Source: an uncultured Rhizobiaceae bacterium | Lineage (GTDB): Bacteria; Pseudomonadota; Alphaproteobacteria; UBA828 | NCBI GenBank assembly: GCA_964429775.1 | Contig: CAYSDJ010000008.1 | Coordinates: 4,261 to 68,260 of the forward strand | Direction: 5' to 3' | DNA: 64,000 bases | Shown: piece by piece, positions 46,850-57,575 of the stretch | Layout of the letters: the number at the start of each line of letters is the position of its first letter | How positions within the stretch are numbered: the first letter of the stretch is position 1 | Notes under the pieces: generated by a model | Told to the model about the DNA's origin: nothing | The model's database searches: none | Seen by the model: only the letters and a program-made list of their open reading frames with translations | Program-made: the position numbers and the translations under genes

Positions 46850-47980
46850 TTATTCGCAGTCCCCGTTTATCCAGGTCGCCCGCACCGAGAGTTCTTTATC
46901 GAGCCAGACAAGGCTGGCGTCAAATCCTGATTCGATTTTTCCCAGCCTATCTCCGAGCAAAAGAAATTCCGCCGGATAAGTTGCGGCCATGCGCAGCGCC
47001 TCATCGAGCGGAATCCCGACATCGCGCACACTGTTCCGCACGGCCTTCGCCATATCGAGCGCCGAGCCGGCCAGGCGGCCATCCGGCGTGCGGCAGCATC
47101 CGTTGTTGACGGCAATGGTTTCACCAGCGGAAACGAACCTGTCCATCTCCGCGCCCACGGGAGCCATGGCGTCGGTTACTAAAAACAGCCTGCCCGGACG
47201 CTTGGCGCGCCATGCGGCTGCAACCGAACGCTCATGAACATGGAAGCCGTCGACGATAATGCCGCACCAGAGATCCGCATGGGCGAGAGCCGCGCCGACC
47301 ATACCGGGCTCGCGGCCGATGAACTGGCTCATGGCGTTAAAGAGGTGGGTGACGCCGACCAAACCTTCCCTGGCTGCGGCGTCGACCTGTTCCGCCGTGG
47401 CTTCGCTGTGGCCGGCCGAGACGCGTACGCCGCTTGCGCTTAACGCCGCGATCACGCCGGGTGCGGCGCATTCCGGCGCCAGGGTGACGATTTTTGCCGC
47501 CTTCAGGGCGCCGAGGCGGGCGATTTCTTCGGCATCAAGCGCGGCGATATGGCGGCTCTCATGCATACCGCGCCGCTTCGGGTTGATATTCGGCCCTTCA
47601 AGATGAAGGCCGAGCACGCCCGGCATGTTCCCGGAAACGGCAGCCGCGGCCGCATCGATCGCCTCGGCAATGCGTTTCCGGCTGTCGGTTATCAGGGTCG
47701 GCAGCAATCCGGTGGTGCCGAAACGCCGGTGCGCCTTGACCATTTGCGCCACAGTTTCGACGCTGGGCGCATCGTTGAACATCACGCCACCGCCGCCATT
47801 GACCTGAACGTCGATGAAACCGGGCGCCAAATGGCCGCCATCCAGGTCCATGACTGTCGCTTCCGAGGGAATTTCCGCAGCCGCGACGATTTCAACGATT
47901 TTCTGCCCGTCGATCAGCACCGCGTGCGCTTCGAGGCTGCTCGAGCCGGTGTGAATGAGGCAATTGGTCAGGGCGTGCAC
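46850..47980 (-). CDS. nagA: N-acetylglucosamine-6-phosphate deacetylase
   Basis: The GFIDVQVNGGGG block and amidohydrolase metal ligands. It lies adjacent to the ROK kinase. Confidence 0.85.
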   Translation of the reverse strand: MHALTNCLIHTGSSSLEAHAVLIDGQKIVEIVAAAEIPSEATVMDLDGGHLAPGFIDVQVNGGGGVMFNDAPSVETVAQMVKAHRRFGTTGLLPTLITDSRKRIAEAIDAAAAAVSGNMPGVLGLHLEGPNINPKRRGMHESRHIAALDAEEIARLGALKAAKIVTLAPECAAPGVIAALSASGVRVSAGHSEATAEQVDAAAREGLVGVTHLFNAMSQFIGREPGMVGAALAHADLWCGIIVDGFHVHERSVAAAWRAKRPGRLFLVTDAMAPVGAEMDRFVSAGETIAVNNGCCRTPDGRLAGSALDMAKAVRNSVRDVGIPLDEALRMAATYPAEFLLLGDRLGKIESGFDASLVWLDKELSVRATWINGDCE

Positions 47981-48077
47981 GCCGGAATCTCCGAATCAGA
48001 TATGTGTCGCTGCAGCCTATCAGGTTTCAAACGATGCGAGCCTTGTTTTGCCCCTGGCCTATGGGTAGCGTGACGCC

Positions 48078-49061
48078 ATGCTTTTAACCCTCCTTGGCAC
48101 CGGCTGCCCGCAGGTTGACCCGCGCCGGCTCGGCCCCGCGCAAATCGTCCGCCATCAGGGCGGCACCTATCTCGTCGATTGCGGCTCGGGCGTCACCCAA
48201 CGCCTCTATTCCGCCGGCAGCAGCGGCGCCGATATAGATGCCCTCTTTTTCACCCATCTTCACTCAGATCATACCGTCGACCTGTTTCAATTGATCATTT
48301 CGAGCTGGCATCAGGGGCGCGACCGGCCGCACCTGATCTATGGCCCGAAGGGCACCAAGCGCTATGTGAACGGCCTTTTGAAGCTATGGGAGCCGGAGTT
48401 CAAGCAGCGCATCGCGCATGAACTACGCTCATCGATAGCCGCGCTCGGCGCCGATGTGATCGAAATCGAGGAAGGCGAGGTATTTCGCGCCGGCGACATG
48501 AAGGTCACCGCCGTCGATGTCGATCACTACCCGGTCCGCCCGGCCTTCGGTTTTCTCTTCGAAACAGCGGAGAGCCGCCTGGCGATCAGCGGCGATACCA
48601 CTTATTGCCCGGCCCTGATAAAGGCGTGCACGGGCTTCGATGTGCTGGTGCATGAGGTCTTTATCCATCGCGGCGAAAGCCACCAGATGGAGACGCGCGA
48701 GGATCTCGGCAGCCGCAACGTGATGAGTTATCACACCGCCTCGGACGTGGTCGGCAAAATTGCGCGCGAAGCCGAGGTCGGCGCTCTGGTGCTCAGCCAC
48801 TTCGTTCCGACGCGCTTTGACGAAGAGGCGCTGCTGCATCAGGTCTGCGCCGATTTTGATGGCCCGATCCTGGTCGGCGAAGATCTGATGCATATCGATG
48901 TCGCCAACCGCCGCGTTCTGAGTTACGGCATGACCATGTCGCTTGGCGAAATTCCCGAACCCGAAGCGCAGCCGCCCGCCCCGACCCGGGTGCGTGGCCG
49001 GAAGAGGGCCAAAACAAAATTGACCGCCAAGAGCAAGAAAGCACGCGCAAAGCGGCTCTAA
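48078..49061 (+). CDS. MBL-fold metallo-hydrolase with Lys/Arg-rich C-terminal tail
   Basis: HxHxDH motif (HLHSDH) and downstream His/Asp ligands. The C-terminus is RGRKRAKTKLTAKSKKARAKRL. Confidence 0.75.
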   Translation: MLLTLLGTGCPQVDPRRLGPAQIVRHQGGTYLVDCGSGVTQRLYSAGSSGADIDALFFTHLHSDHTVDLFQLIISSWHQGRDRPHLIYGPKGTKRYVNGLLKLWEPEFKQRIAHELRSSIAALGADVIEIEEGEVFRAGDMKVTAVDVDHYPVRPAFGFLFETAESRLAISGDTTYCPALIKACTGFDVLVHEVFIHRGESHQMETREDLGSRNVMSYHTASDVVGKIAREAEVGALVLSHFVPTRFDEEALLHQVCADFDGPILVGEDLMHIDVANRRVLSYGMTMSLGEIPEPEAQPPAPTRVRGRKRAKTKLTAKSKKARAKRL

Positions 49062-49082
49062 CCGGAACCTGGAGGCGTTATC

Positions 49083-49856
49083 ATGGCAAAAAAGAAGGTG
49101 TTGGTTTTGGTGCCCGTCGTGCTCGATGAGGATGGCCTTGCCAAACGGCGCACGCAGCAGAATTCGGTCGAGCTCGGCGACAATATCGAGTTCGATTACC
49201 GCCCGGTCAAGGCCGGGCCGGCGCTTTATGACAGCTATCACGATTTCGCCCTCGCCGATGTCGCCATGTTCGAGGCCGGCATCAGCGCCGAGGAAGACGG
49301 CTATGACGCTGTCTGCATCGACACCATGAGCGATTCAGGTGTCAACGCGCTGCGCTCGGTGCTCGATATCCCGGTGATCGCGCCGGCCAAGGCGTCTTAC
49401 CTGATGTGCCTGCTGCTCGGATCGAACTTCGGCGTCCTCACCCAGTGGGATCGCTGGAACATCATTTACAAAAAGACCCTGCAGGAATATGGCCTCGCCG
49501 ACAAATGCGTCGGCATCCGCTCGCCCGGTCTCGCGCCCGATCCGGTCAACCTGCTCGGCGGCAAGGAGGATGTGGTCTTTCCGCAATTCCTTAAATGCGG
49601 CCAGGAGCTGGTCGAGATGGGCGCCGAAGCGATCTGCCTCGGCTCGACCACCATGCACGAGGCGCACGCTTTTCTCAGCCAAGAGCTGCCGGTGCCGGTG
49701 ATCAATCCCGGGCCGCTCACCTATAAGCTGGCCGAAACCGTGCTCGGCATGGGCCTCAGTCACAGCCGCAAGGCCTATCCGCCGCCGAGCTATCTCAAGC
49801 TCAACCTCACCCACGCCATGATGGACGGCGGCGCCGCCTATGACGGTGAAGATTAG
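49083..49856 (+). CDS. Asp/Glu/hydantoin racemase family protein
   Basis: Two-Cys racemase-like fold (CIDTMSDSG ... AICLGSTTM). Confidence 0.65.
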   Translation: MAKKKVLVLVPVVLDEDGLAKRRTQQNSVELGDNIEFDYRPVKAGPALYDSYHDFALADVAMFEAGISAEEDGYDAVCIDTMSDSGVNALRSVLDIPVIAPAKASYLMCLLLGSNFGVLTQWDRWNIIYKKTLQEYGLADKCVGIRSPGLAPDPVNLLGGKEDVVFPQFLKCGQELVEMGAEAICLGSTTMHEAHAFLSQELPVPVINPGPLTYKLAETVLGMGLSHSRKAYPPPSYLKLNLTHAMMDGGAAYDGED

Positions 49857-51232
49857 GCCTTAACGAACTTGTCGTCGATAATATCGAGCGCCTGATCGAG
49901 CGAATCTGTCGCAAGGTCGATCTCGTCCTGGGTGATGGTGAAGGGCGGGCCGAGCTTGATGGTATTGGGCGTGAAACCGCCCAAGAACACGCCGCGCTTG
50001 GCGTTTTCTGCACCGATAATATTGTTGGGCATGTCGGCAAGGTCACCGGTAAAGGCGGAATAGCGATCCTCCGGCACGATCGGTTCGCCGTCGCCGTTGA
50101 CCAGGTCGACGGTATAGAACAGGCCCCGACCGGAGACACGCCCGACCGAGGGGTGTTTCTCTTTAATCGCGTCGAGCCGTTCTTTCAGGTAAGCGCCACG
50201 CTGGCGCACCTGCTGCAGGATGTTGTTGGCGAGCATATATTCGAGATTGCCGACGATGGTGGCGCACACCAGCGGATGGCCGTCCCAGGTGCTGCCGCTC
50301 CACCAGCGCGCTGCCTCGAAATGCTCGGAAATCTCCTTGCTGGCAATCACCGCGCCGACCGGCAGGGCCGAGCCGTTCAGCCCCTTGCCCGCTGCGATCA
50401 AATCGGGCGCAACACCCGGCCAATGCATATAGCCGAACCACTCGCCGAGGCGCCCCACCCCGGTGATCACCTCATCGTCGATCCAGAGAAAGCCATGCCG
50501 CTTGGCGATATCGCAGAGGCCCGCCGTGTAGTCGCGGTGCGGAAAGGTGCCGCCGCCGCCGAGCATCGGCTCGGTGATCACTGCGGCGATATTCTCGCCG
50601 CCGATGGCGCTGACGATCTGCTCGGTTGCTTGCAATGACGGCAACCGGCCCGAGCCGTTCCAATCCTCGAATTCGGGCGCCGGAATGGGAATATAGCCTT
50701 GCGCCGGAAAGCCTGGAATATCCTGCACTTTGTCGAAACTGCCGTGCGCCGAAAGATTGGCGCGGTAGCCGCGCATCATGGTCGAGCCCATGACCATGCC
50801 GTGAAACGAATGCGCCTGGGTCAGGATCACCGATTTGCCGGTATAAAGCCGCGCCATGGTGATGCAGCTTTCAACCGCATCGGTGCCGGAGGAAAATATC
50901 CTGGCCCGCCCGGCCCACTCCGCATCACCCAACAGATCGGCGATAATGAGCTTGGCGGCGCGCGCACGATATTCGTTGGCGAGGCCGAAATAGGCGTGGC
51001 CGTAACGCTCCATGGCGCGGCTCAGCTCGGCGTGAATGGCGGGGTGGCGGTGGCCCATGCTGTCGGAGATGAGCTGGCTCATGAAGTCCAGCATGCGTGT
51101 GCCGTCGGCCAGGGTGAACCAATTGCCCTCCATACTGTCGACAGGGGTATAGTTATGCTCCGAAGCCGCCTGTAAGCCATGCAGATAATAGGCGCGGTCC
51201 CACTTTTCCAATTGCTGCCAATCGCGTGCCAT
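49853..51232 (-). CDS. class-III (omega) aminotransferase
   Basis: ATG at 51232 (MARDWQQLEK...). Class-III core with a PLP-Lys region (AAGKGLNG-like). Confidence 0.85.
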   Translation of the reverse strand: MARDWQQLEKWDRAYYLHGLQAASEHNYTPVDSMEGNWFTLADGTRMLDFMSQLISDSMGHRHPAIHAELSRAMERYGHAYFGLANEYRARAAKLIIADLLGDAEWAGRARIFSSGTDAVESCITMARLYTGKSVILTQAHSFHGMVMGSTMMRGYRANLSAHGSFDKVQDIPGFPAQGYIPIPAPEFEDWNGSGRLPSLQATEQIVSAIGGENIAAVITEPMLGGGGTFPHRDYTAGLCDIAKRHGFLWIDDEVITGVGRLGEWFGYMHWPGVAPDLIAAGKGLNGSALPVGAVIASKEISEHFEAARWWSGSTWDGHPLVCATIVGNLEYMLANNILQQVRQRGAYLKERLDAIKEKHPSVGRVSGRGLFYTVDLVNGDGEPIVPEDRYSAFTGDLADMPNNIIGAENAKRGVFLGGFTPNTIKLGPPFTITQDEIDLATDSLDQALDIIDDKFVKA

Positions 51233-51318
51233 TACTCTCTTGCCCCTGTTCACTGTTTGCCGGCCATGATAGCTGTCAGACCTAAGTTGAGAGAAGCGAT
51301 TCGAGCAAATTATTAAAA

Positions 51319-52755
51319 ATGCCGCTTTGGGCGGGAAAGGTCTGCGTGGCAACTACCGACAAAGAGAGTCTTCCCGGCCCGGATAGACACCCGCCGTTTG
51401 GCGCCTTGCGTGGGCTCGACCGCGTCGCTACTTGGTTTGTCGATGAACGATCTTATCCAGACCCGGATGACAGATTGCGCGCCAAAGTATTCGTCATCGC
51501 GCACTTTCTTTCTCCCAACCTTGCACTCGCCATTGCCGCCTTGCTGTATTTCGTCGCGGATGTTGCCGCGCCGCCCCTATATTGGCTGGTTCTCGGTTTC
51601 GCTCTGTTTTTTATCTATCCCTTTACGGTGAAGTGGGGCCTTTCCTACCGAATCGCGAGCGTTCCATCCCTTGTGCAGTTCTCGCTGTTGATCTATTCGG
51701 CGCTTTATTATTTCAACGGCATCGTATCCTTTATCATACCGTGGATTGCCGCCATCCCGGTCGTCGGAATGTTATTCCTCGGCGTTCGCGGCGCGGTGTT
51801 GACCAGCGGCCTCGCCGTGCTCGGAATTCTGACGATGCTGTTAATGCATTTCTCGGGTCACGAGTTTCCGCAAACAATTACCGAGGGTTTCCAGCCCCTG
51901 GCTTTTATTGTTTCGGCAACGCTCAGCCTTGTATTCATCTCAGGCATCGTCCTTTGCTATCTTAGCTTATATTGGCTATCGCAACGCCGCCTGTACCTTG
52001 AGCTGGCGCGCCATCGCCAAACGACGGCGCGGTTTCGTGCCGCCCGGGACGCCGCCAATGAAGCGAGCCTTGCCAAATCGCGCTTTCTCGCCACGGCCTC
52101 GCACGAATTCCGCACACCGCTTACAACCATTCAGGCGGGCGTCGATCTCTTGTTACGCTACCGGGACAAGCTCGACGAAAATGAGAGCACGGAATACCTC
52201 CAGGATGTGACACGTCAGGTAAACGCGCTGACGCAACTTTTGGATAATTTGCTTCTTGTTGGTGAGGAGGATGAGGCAAAAATTCTGTTTCGTCCCGAGT
52301 TGATCAAGCTCGCCGATGTCTGTCAGGACATCACACGCCAAATGCGCCTTAGCGGTGAATCCGACCTTCGCCTTGATGTCCGTTTCCTGAGCGATTGCAA
52401 AATAGCCTATTTGGATAAGGCCATCGTCAGACGCATCCTGTCGAACCTGTTGTCCAACGCGATTAAATATTCTCCGCCCGATGGCGAGGTTTCGCTCAGC
52501 GTTTCACGCCACAACGGCAATATTCTGTTTGAGGTCGCCGACAATGGCGAAGGCATCGCCGAAACCGAATTGGCGCGTATCTTCGAACGTTATTACCGGG
52601 TTAGTGAAACCGCACGGGTTGGCGGCACGGGCCTCGGGCTATCGATCGTCAAGGCGGCTGTCGAGGCACATCACGGTACGATACAGGTCGAAAGCAGCCT
52701 CGGCATTGGCAGCCGCTTTATTGTCAGCCTGCCCGCACCGCTTAATGCTGCGTGA
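51319..52755 (+). CDS. membrane sensor histidine kinase (6-7 TM N-terminal domain, HisKA, HATPase_c)
   Basis: H-box ATASHEFRTPLTTI, N-box LLSNAIKYS and G-boxes. The N-terminal half is polytopic membrane. The start codon is uncertain. Confidence 0.8.
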   Translation: MPLWAGKVCVATTDKESLPGPDRHPPFGALRGLDRVATWFVDERSYPDPDDRLRAKVFVIAHFLSPNLALAIAALLYFVADVAAPPLYWLVLGFALFFIYPFTVKWGLSYRIASVPSLVQFSLLIYSALYYFNGIVSFIIPWIAAIPVVGMLFLGVRGAVLTSGLAVLGILTMLLMHFSGHEFPQTITEGFQPLAFIVSATLSLVFISGIVLCYLSLYWLSQRRLYLELARHRQTTARFRAARDAANEASLAKSRFLATASHEFRTPLTTIQAGVDLLLRYRDKLDENESTEYLQDVTRQVNALTQLLDNLLLVGEEDEAKILFRPELIKLADVCQDITRQMRLSGESDLRLDVRFLSDCKIAYLDKAIVRRILSNLLSNAIKYSPPDGEVSLSVSRHNGNILFEVADNGEGIAETELARIFERYYRVSETARVGGTGLGLSIVKAAVEAHHGTIQVESSLGIGSRFIVSLPAPLNAA

Positions 52756-52759
52756 AAGT

Positions 52760-53377
52760 TTACGGGCGCATATCGATATAATTGACGACGACACCGACAC
52801 CTTCGGTTTCGCTCGAGACCTCAACGGCTTTCAACATCTCCTCCTGCGAGCGGGCGCGACCGATCAAGTAGACGCTGGCAAAAGAGTCGACCGCGACCCG
52901 TAAATTCACGTCGGCAACACCCGCCGTCCCAATCAGGTTGATGCCGACACGGGCGTCGAGCTCGATCGCATCGACCCAATCGAGCATTTCATCTTCATTC
53001 GCCTCCTGGTCTTCCTCGCTCATATATTCGATGTGCCAATAAAGCTCCTTGATGCCCTCGACCTCCATCACCTTGGTGCGGAATTCTTCATACAATTCGG
53101 CATCGTCAAACAGTCCGGTCATCAGAAGGCGCTGCTCGTAAATTTCGGTCGACGCCTTGATCGTGCCGAGTTCCGCCATGATCGCGTTGACCTTAATGAC
53201 GATCTCATTGTCCTTGATAATATCCGAACTGCTGCGCGCTTCGATGGCCCGGTCGATTAAGGTTTTTGGCGCGGTTAGAACGTCATCCAATAAACCGGCC
53301 CGCGCCGGAACGGGATTCCAAAAACCAATGCAGGAAACGGCGACGGCCAGCAGTGCGGAAGTAAGAATATTACGCAT
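52760..53377 (-). CDS. BON-domain protein (OsmY-like, two BON repeats)
   Basis: Signal peptide plus two BON-like repeats (VKVNAIMAEL...; VNLRVAVDSFASVYLIGRA). Confidence 0.65.
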   Translation of the reverse strand: MRNILTSALLAVAVSCIGFWNPVPARAGLLDDVLTAPKTLIDRAIEARSSSDIIKDNEIVIKVNAIMAELGTIKASTEIYEQRLLMTGLFDDAELYEEFRTKVMEVEGIKELYWHIEYMSEEDQEANEDEMLDWVDAIELDARVGINLIGTAGVADVNLRVAVDSFASVYLIGRARSQEEMLKAVEVSSETEGVGVVVNYIDMRP

Positions 53378-53685
53378 TTATTCTCTCTTGGTTAGGTTGG
53401 CAAACGTACGAACGACAAGATTGCGCGCTCATTCAATGGCGTCAATGTTACTTGCTATGTGATTTGGCGATGCAAATAGGAAATTACAATTAATGTTTTT
53501 GTTAAGACTTCCGTTTGCATATCGAAGCGGCTCGGCATATACATCTAAGATCAGTCTTCGATAATCCGGTGTATCCTGCTTGGTTAAACACGCCACGCTG
53601 CAATATGTCACGGGGATCGGCGTGCTGAAATCCATCCGTGAGTTAATTGCGGATGACCGCAACGATAATGAGAGCACAGAGTAAT

Positions 53686-53895
53686 ATGAGTACAGGAACC
53701 GTGAAGTGGTTCAATTCCGTCAAAGGGTATGGCTTCATCAGCCCGGATGATGGTTCAAAGGATGCCTTCGTCCATATTTCCGCAGTTGAGCGCGCCGGAT
53801 TGCCGGGCCTCGCGGAAGGACAGCGCGTTGAATTTGAGCTGCAACCGGGTAAGAACGGCAAAAGCTCGGCCGAGAATTTGGTTCTCGTCGACTAA
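53686..53895 (+). CDS. cspA: cold-shock protein (CspA family)
   Basis: [18 protein letters not shown]...VHISAV RNP1/RNP2 motifs. A long 5' leader (53400..53685) is typical for csp genes. Confidence 0.9.
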   Translation: MSTGTVKWFNSVKGYGFISPDDGSKDAFVHISAVERAGLPGLAEGQRVEFELQPGKNGKSSAENLVLVD

Positions 53896-54165
53896 CCGAC
53901 GTTTTGAAAAGTGGTGGAATCCTGATCGTTTATTAGGGCCTTCACCGCTTTACCGGCCTTGGACTAATATGCCCGGCAATGCTGTTTTGATTGCCGGTCG
54001 GCACCGCCGCCCACATATATTGCGGTGCGCCTAACGTTCGCGACGGGCAAGATTGCCAGTCGGGCAAGATCGAACGTTAAACAGTGGGATGCGGCCCAGA
54101 ATTAAGGATGGTTTGGGCCGAAGTGGTGTTTTTTGCGCCTATTTTCAACAAATATTCTTAGCCAA

Positions 54166-55017
54166 TTATTCGCTTCGCTGCTTGCGGATCGCGGCGGAAC
54201 TTACTGCGGCTGAGGCTTGAAAACCCGCTCTGTTCCTTCGCACCCGTTGGCCGACTACATGATCAAATATCTCGCGGTATTCGGGATGCTCGGTACCGGC
54301 CAAACGGTCCCACCAGGTAAAATAGAGGCCATAATTGATGCCATCCGCACTGTGGTGCAAATCGTGATGGGTGTTGGTTGTCAGCCAGCCAAATACCCGG
54401 TGTCCGGCGGTGCCGCGCGGAAACAGTTCGAAGCCGCTATGGCCAATGACGTTGCGCCCAATCATATGCAGCATGAAGAGATAAATCACCATGACATGCA
54501 CCGGCAGAACGAAGATGAGAATGGTGAGAAACAGCGTCTGCACCACGCTCTCCAGCGGCGCAAAAGCATAGGCCGCCCAGGGCGTTGGGATTTTCGATTC
54601 ATGGTGCAGGCGATGAAACAGGTTGAACAGGCGCGGATGGTGCATCAGCCGGTGGGCCCAATAGAAATAGGCATCGTGCAGGACAATCGCGGCAATCAAG
54701 CTAAAGACGCTGTAAAGCCAGCCATATTCCGCCACCTCGGTATAGACCAGCGTCCACCCTTGCCCCATGAGGATGTAAATACAGAAGCCATTGAGGGCAA
54801 AGATCAGCGCGGCGAGGAGCGCATACCGCACTTCGCGGCGTATCACTGAAGCGGGCTCAAAGCCGGCTTGAATTTTACGCCGACGAAACGGATTGCCCTT
54901 CCAGCGATAGAGAAAGAGATAGGCGGCACTGGCCGGCACGGCAATCAGCAAAACCTGACCCACAAGTATCTTCAGCCAAATCGGAAACGCCGCGATAAAG
55001 TCCTCGAAACCGGCCAT
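54166..55017 (-). CDS. fatty acid hydroxylase / sterol desaturase family membrane protein
   Basis: His boxes HRLMHH, HRLHH, HHDLHH. Multiple TM segments. Confidence 0.8.
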   Translation of the reverse strand: MAGFEDFIAAFPIWLKILVGQVLLIAVPASAAYLFLYRWKGNPFRRRKIQAGFEPASVIRREVRYALLAALIFALNGFCIYILMGQGWTLVYTEVAEYGWLYSVFSLIAAIVLHDAYFYWAHRLMHHPRLFNLFHRLHHESKIPTPWAAYAFAPLESVVQTLFLTILIFVLPVHVMVIYLFMLHMIGRNVIGHSGFELFPRGTAGHRVFGWLTTNTHHDLHHSADGINYGLYFTWWDRLAGTEHPEYREIFDHVVGQRVRRNRAGFQASAAVSSAAIRKQRSE

Positions 55018-55124
55018 CAGGCCCCTCTTCTGCTTGGATTGATCTGTCCGGATGAAACGGCCCGGATAAGGGCGGCGCGATCCTCACATATCTCTGCCGC
55101 CCGGCGCAAGTCGGCCTCTAGTAT

Positions 55125-55502
55125 TCACAGTTCTCGGGAAATCGCGTAACCCTTTACGCGTAAACAATCTGCGACTTCGCCGTTGAATTCGCGCACCGAT
55201 TTGACCGCGCCAACGCCGACACCGATACCCGCACCGACCACCGCGCCAACCAATACGGCCTCAGCGCTGTCACGTGCGGCCCAGCCGAGACGGAGGCCGT
55301 GATAGGCGCCAACCAAGCTGCCCCACAGGCCGACAGCAGTTGTCTCCACCGCCGCCTCGACGGCGCTACCGCCGCGGCAATTGTTCAGATCGGTGAAATA
55401 GGTCTCATGATCAAAATGGGGCGCCGTTCGATCCACATTGGGACCAGCGCATGCGGCGAGCAGCGCAATGGTAAGAAAGACAGCTGCTGCTTTACGTTTC
55501 AT
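55125..55502 (-). CDS. glycine-zipper lipoprotein (17-kDa surface antigen-like)
   Basis: Lipobox LLAAC and a GxxxG-rich C-terminal segment (GAVVGAGIGVGVGAV). Confidence 0.5.
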   Translation of the reverse strand: MKRKAAAVFLTIALLAACAGPNVDRTAPHFDHETYFTDLNNCRGGSAVEAAVETTAVGLWGSLVGAYHGLRLGWAARDSAEAVLVGAVVGAGIGVGVGAVKSVREFNGEVADCLRVKGYAISREL

Positions 55503-55920
55503 GATTGGCGATGGTCGAGCACTCAGCAAAGCGAGTCAAGATGCGCGCTTGCCCACGCGCCACGAAGGTCAGGAAGCGTGCCGGCGATCGGAACATTGGC
55601 GGCGCTCGCCGTTGCGCCGGCGAACGCCCTGGCGCATTTCGTGAGTGCCCACATCAAGGCTCTTTTGCCGCCGTTCCTTCGCCTCGCGGCGATCGGATTT
55701 TTGCCGGCGCGGCGCCGAACGATGTTCTTCCATCTTCATCTTCACCCATCCACTGATGCCGTCTGCGTGACTGAACAACCCTTCGACTTTAACATACCGG
55801 CGACAGGAATGATAACATTGCTTACATATGTTAATGGTCAAAATATGGCTCGTCGATGTGCTGGTTCGCTGCGCGGCGGCAGTCTATGCTGTGAGATCAC
55901 TAGATTGAGGGAATGCCGCC

Positions 55921-56808
55921 ATGATGGACGACCGTAAGCCGGACGAAACCTTCAACGTCGCAGTCGACGGCCACAATGTTGTTGCCTATAGCTATGGCCA
56001 GGGCGATGAGGTGCTGTTTTGCCTCAATGGCGGCCCCGGCCTGCCGTGCGATTATGTGCGTGATTCCCATTCCTGGCTGGCCGACAAAGGCTATCGCGTC
56101 GTCGCCTTCGACCAGCTCGGCACCGGCAAATCGGACCGTCCCGAAGATACTTCCCTCTGGACCGTCGAGCGCTATGTCGAGGAAACCGAGATCGTTCGCA
56201 AGGCGCTCGATCTTGGCGTGGTGCATCTCTACGGCCAATCCTGGGGCACCTGGATCGGCATCGATTACGCGCTAAAATATCCGCAAAATTTCAAGACCAT
56301 CACACTGGCCAACGGCGCCGGCGATATCCCCCATCTGGCGAGCGAGTTAAAACGCATCCGCCAGTCGCTTGGCGCCGAGACCGAAGCGATGATGCAGCGC
56401 CACGAGGCGGAAGACACGCTCGACCATCCGGAATATGAAGCGGCGGTGACGATCCTCAACTACCGCCATGTCTGCCGCCTCGACAGCTGGCCCGACGCGG
56501 TCAACCGCTCCGTCCTCGATTGGAGCATGGGCCCCTACAAAACCATTTGGGGCAGCAACGAGTTTTCGCCCGACGGCAATATCAAGGACTGGAACCGCAT
56601 CCCCGACCTCGGCCGCATCACCCAGCCGGCCTTGGTCGTCTGCGGCCAGCACGACCACCTGACTCCCGCCTGCTCGCAAAAAATGCATGATGCGCTGCCG
56701 GATTCACGCATCAAGGTGTTCGAAAACGCCTCGCACCTCTCAATGTGGGAAGTGCCGGAAGCGTATTTCGAGGTGTTGTTGGGCTTCCTCGATAGCCACC
56801 GCGGTTGA
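55921..56808 (+). CDS. alpha/beta hydrolase, proline iminopeptidase-like
   Basis: Nucleophile elbow GQSWGT and an HGG-like region (LNGGPG). Architecture of the prolyl aminopeptidase family. Confidence 0.75.
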   Translation: MMDDRKPDETFNVAVDGHNVVAYSYGQGDEVLFCLNGGPGLPCDYVRDSHSWLADKGYRVVAFDQLGTGKSDRPEDTSLWTVERYVEETEIVRKALDLGVVHLYGQSWGTWIGIDYALKYPQNFKTITLANGAGDIPHLASELKRIRQSLGAETEAMMQRHEAEDTLDHPEYEAAVTILNYRHVCRLDSWPDAVNRSVLDWSMGPYKTIWGSNEFSPDGNIKDWNRIPDLGRITQPALVVCGQHDHLTPACSQKMHDALPDSRIKVFENASHLSMWEVPEAYFEVLLGFLDSHRG

Positions 56809-57103
56809 GACGCGAATTCGGCGGGATTGTTGAAGATAGCGCTTTAACCGCGTCGATCATGCCACGACAAATTCACTGCCATTCCAGGCCGCCAGCATCC
56901 GACAGCTCACCGTCCAATATTGCCGGCGCCAGAAATCTGTAAGGGAATAGCTGTTCGGCAATTCTTAGCCGTTCGAATTACCAGGTTTATTCGATTCAAT
57001 TGCGGTGGGTGCCATGCAGTTCCGTTATCCGGAACCGGCGATGGCCACCTCGCCTTTTTCAGCAGAAAAAGGACATGCCCTTTTACCGTAAGGAGAAGTG
57101 GAT

Positions 57104-57529
57104 ATGCCGACGGAACACGAGAGAATCGAGAAGAATACAGAGGATATTCTTGCTCTCAGCCGCAAACTGGAGGAATTCGGCCCGACACCGAAAAATGTGG
57201 GTACGGCGCACATTCCCACCATCGGGGGAGCGCAGTACTCGTTCTTGTTTGGTGGGGCTCAACCGGTTTTCGCGGTGAAGCACGACAGTTGGGAGGACTG
57301 TGAGGATTGCGACAACATCTATGAGAATAAAACAGGGTCGAAAAAGACTGTAACTGTCAAGATACATAACAGTACGGCCAACCGCTGGGACATAGACCTG
57401 GGTGACGGTGTCGGCGTGGTCTCTATACCCGGCGGAAAAACGAAGACGATTACGGTTGAAGTGCCTGCGGGTAAGGTCATTCATACCCAGGGTACGGGGA
57501 AATTCGACCCCGATATGACAGTCGTGTAA
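57104..57529 (+). CDS. hypothetical protein (low-GC orphan, ~141 aa)
   Basis: Strong SD AAGGAGA upstream. Local GC is about 50%, against about 60% in the surroundings. No recognisable motif. Confidence 0.45.
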   Translation: MPTEHERIEKNTEDILALSRKLEEFGPTPKNVGTAHIPTIGGAQYSFLFGGAQPVFAVKHDSWEDCEDCDNIYENKTGSKKTVTVKIHNSTANRWDIDLGDGVGVVSIPGGKTKTITVEVPAGKVIHTQGTGKFDPDMTVV

Positions 57530-57575
57530 CAAACTGTCGGCGACCGGCAGCGCCCGAAAAGAGATACATGCCCGG

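Noticed and set aside
53896-54165. Intrinsic terminator after cspA (CCGGCAAT-gctgttttg-ATTGCCGG hairpin at ~53971..53995)
   Set aside because: The hairpin is present but is not followed by a U-run, so it may be a structural element rather than a terminator. It is not listed as a feature.
55569-55841. 90-aa minus-strand ORF in the intergenic region upstream of the proline iminopeptidase-like gene
   Set aside because: It is extremely Arg/Lys/Glu-rich, has no RBS and no homology signal. It is probably a chance ORF in a promoter region.
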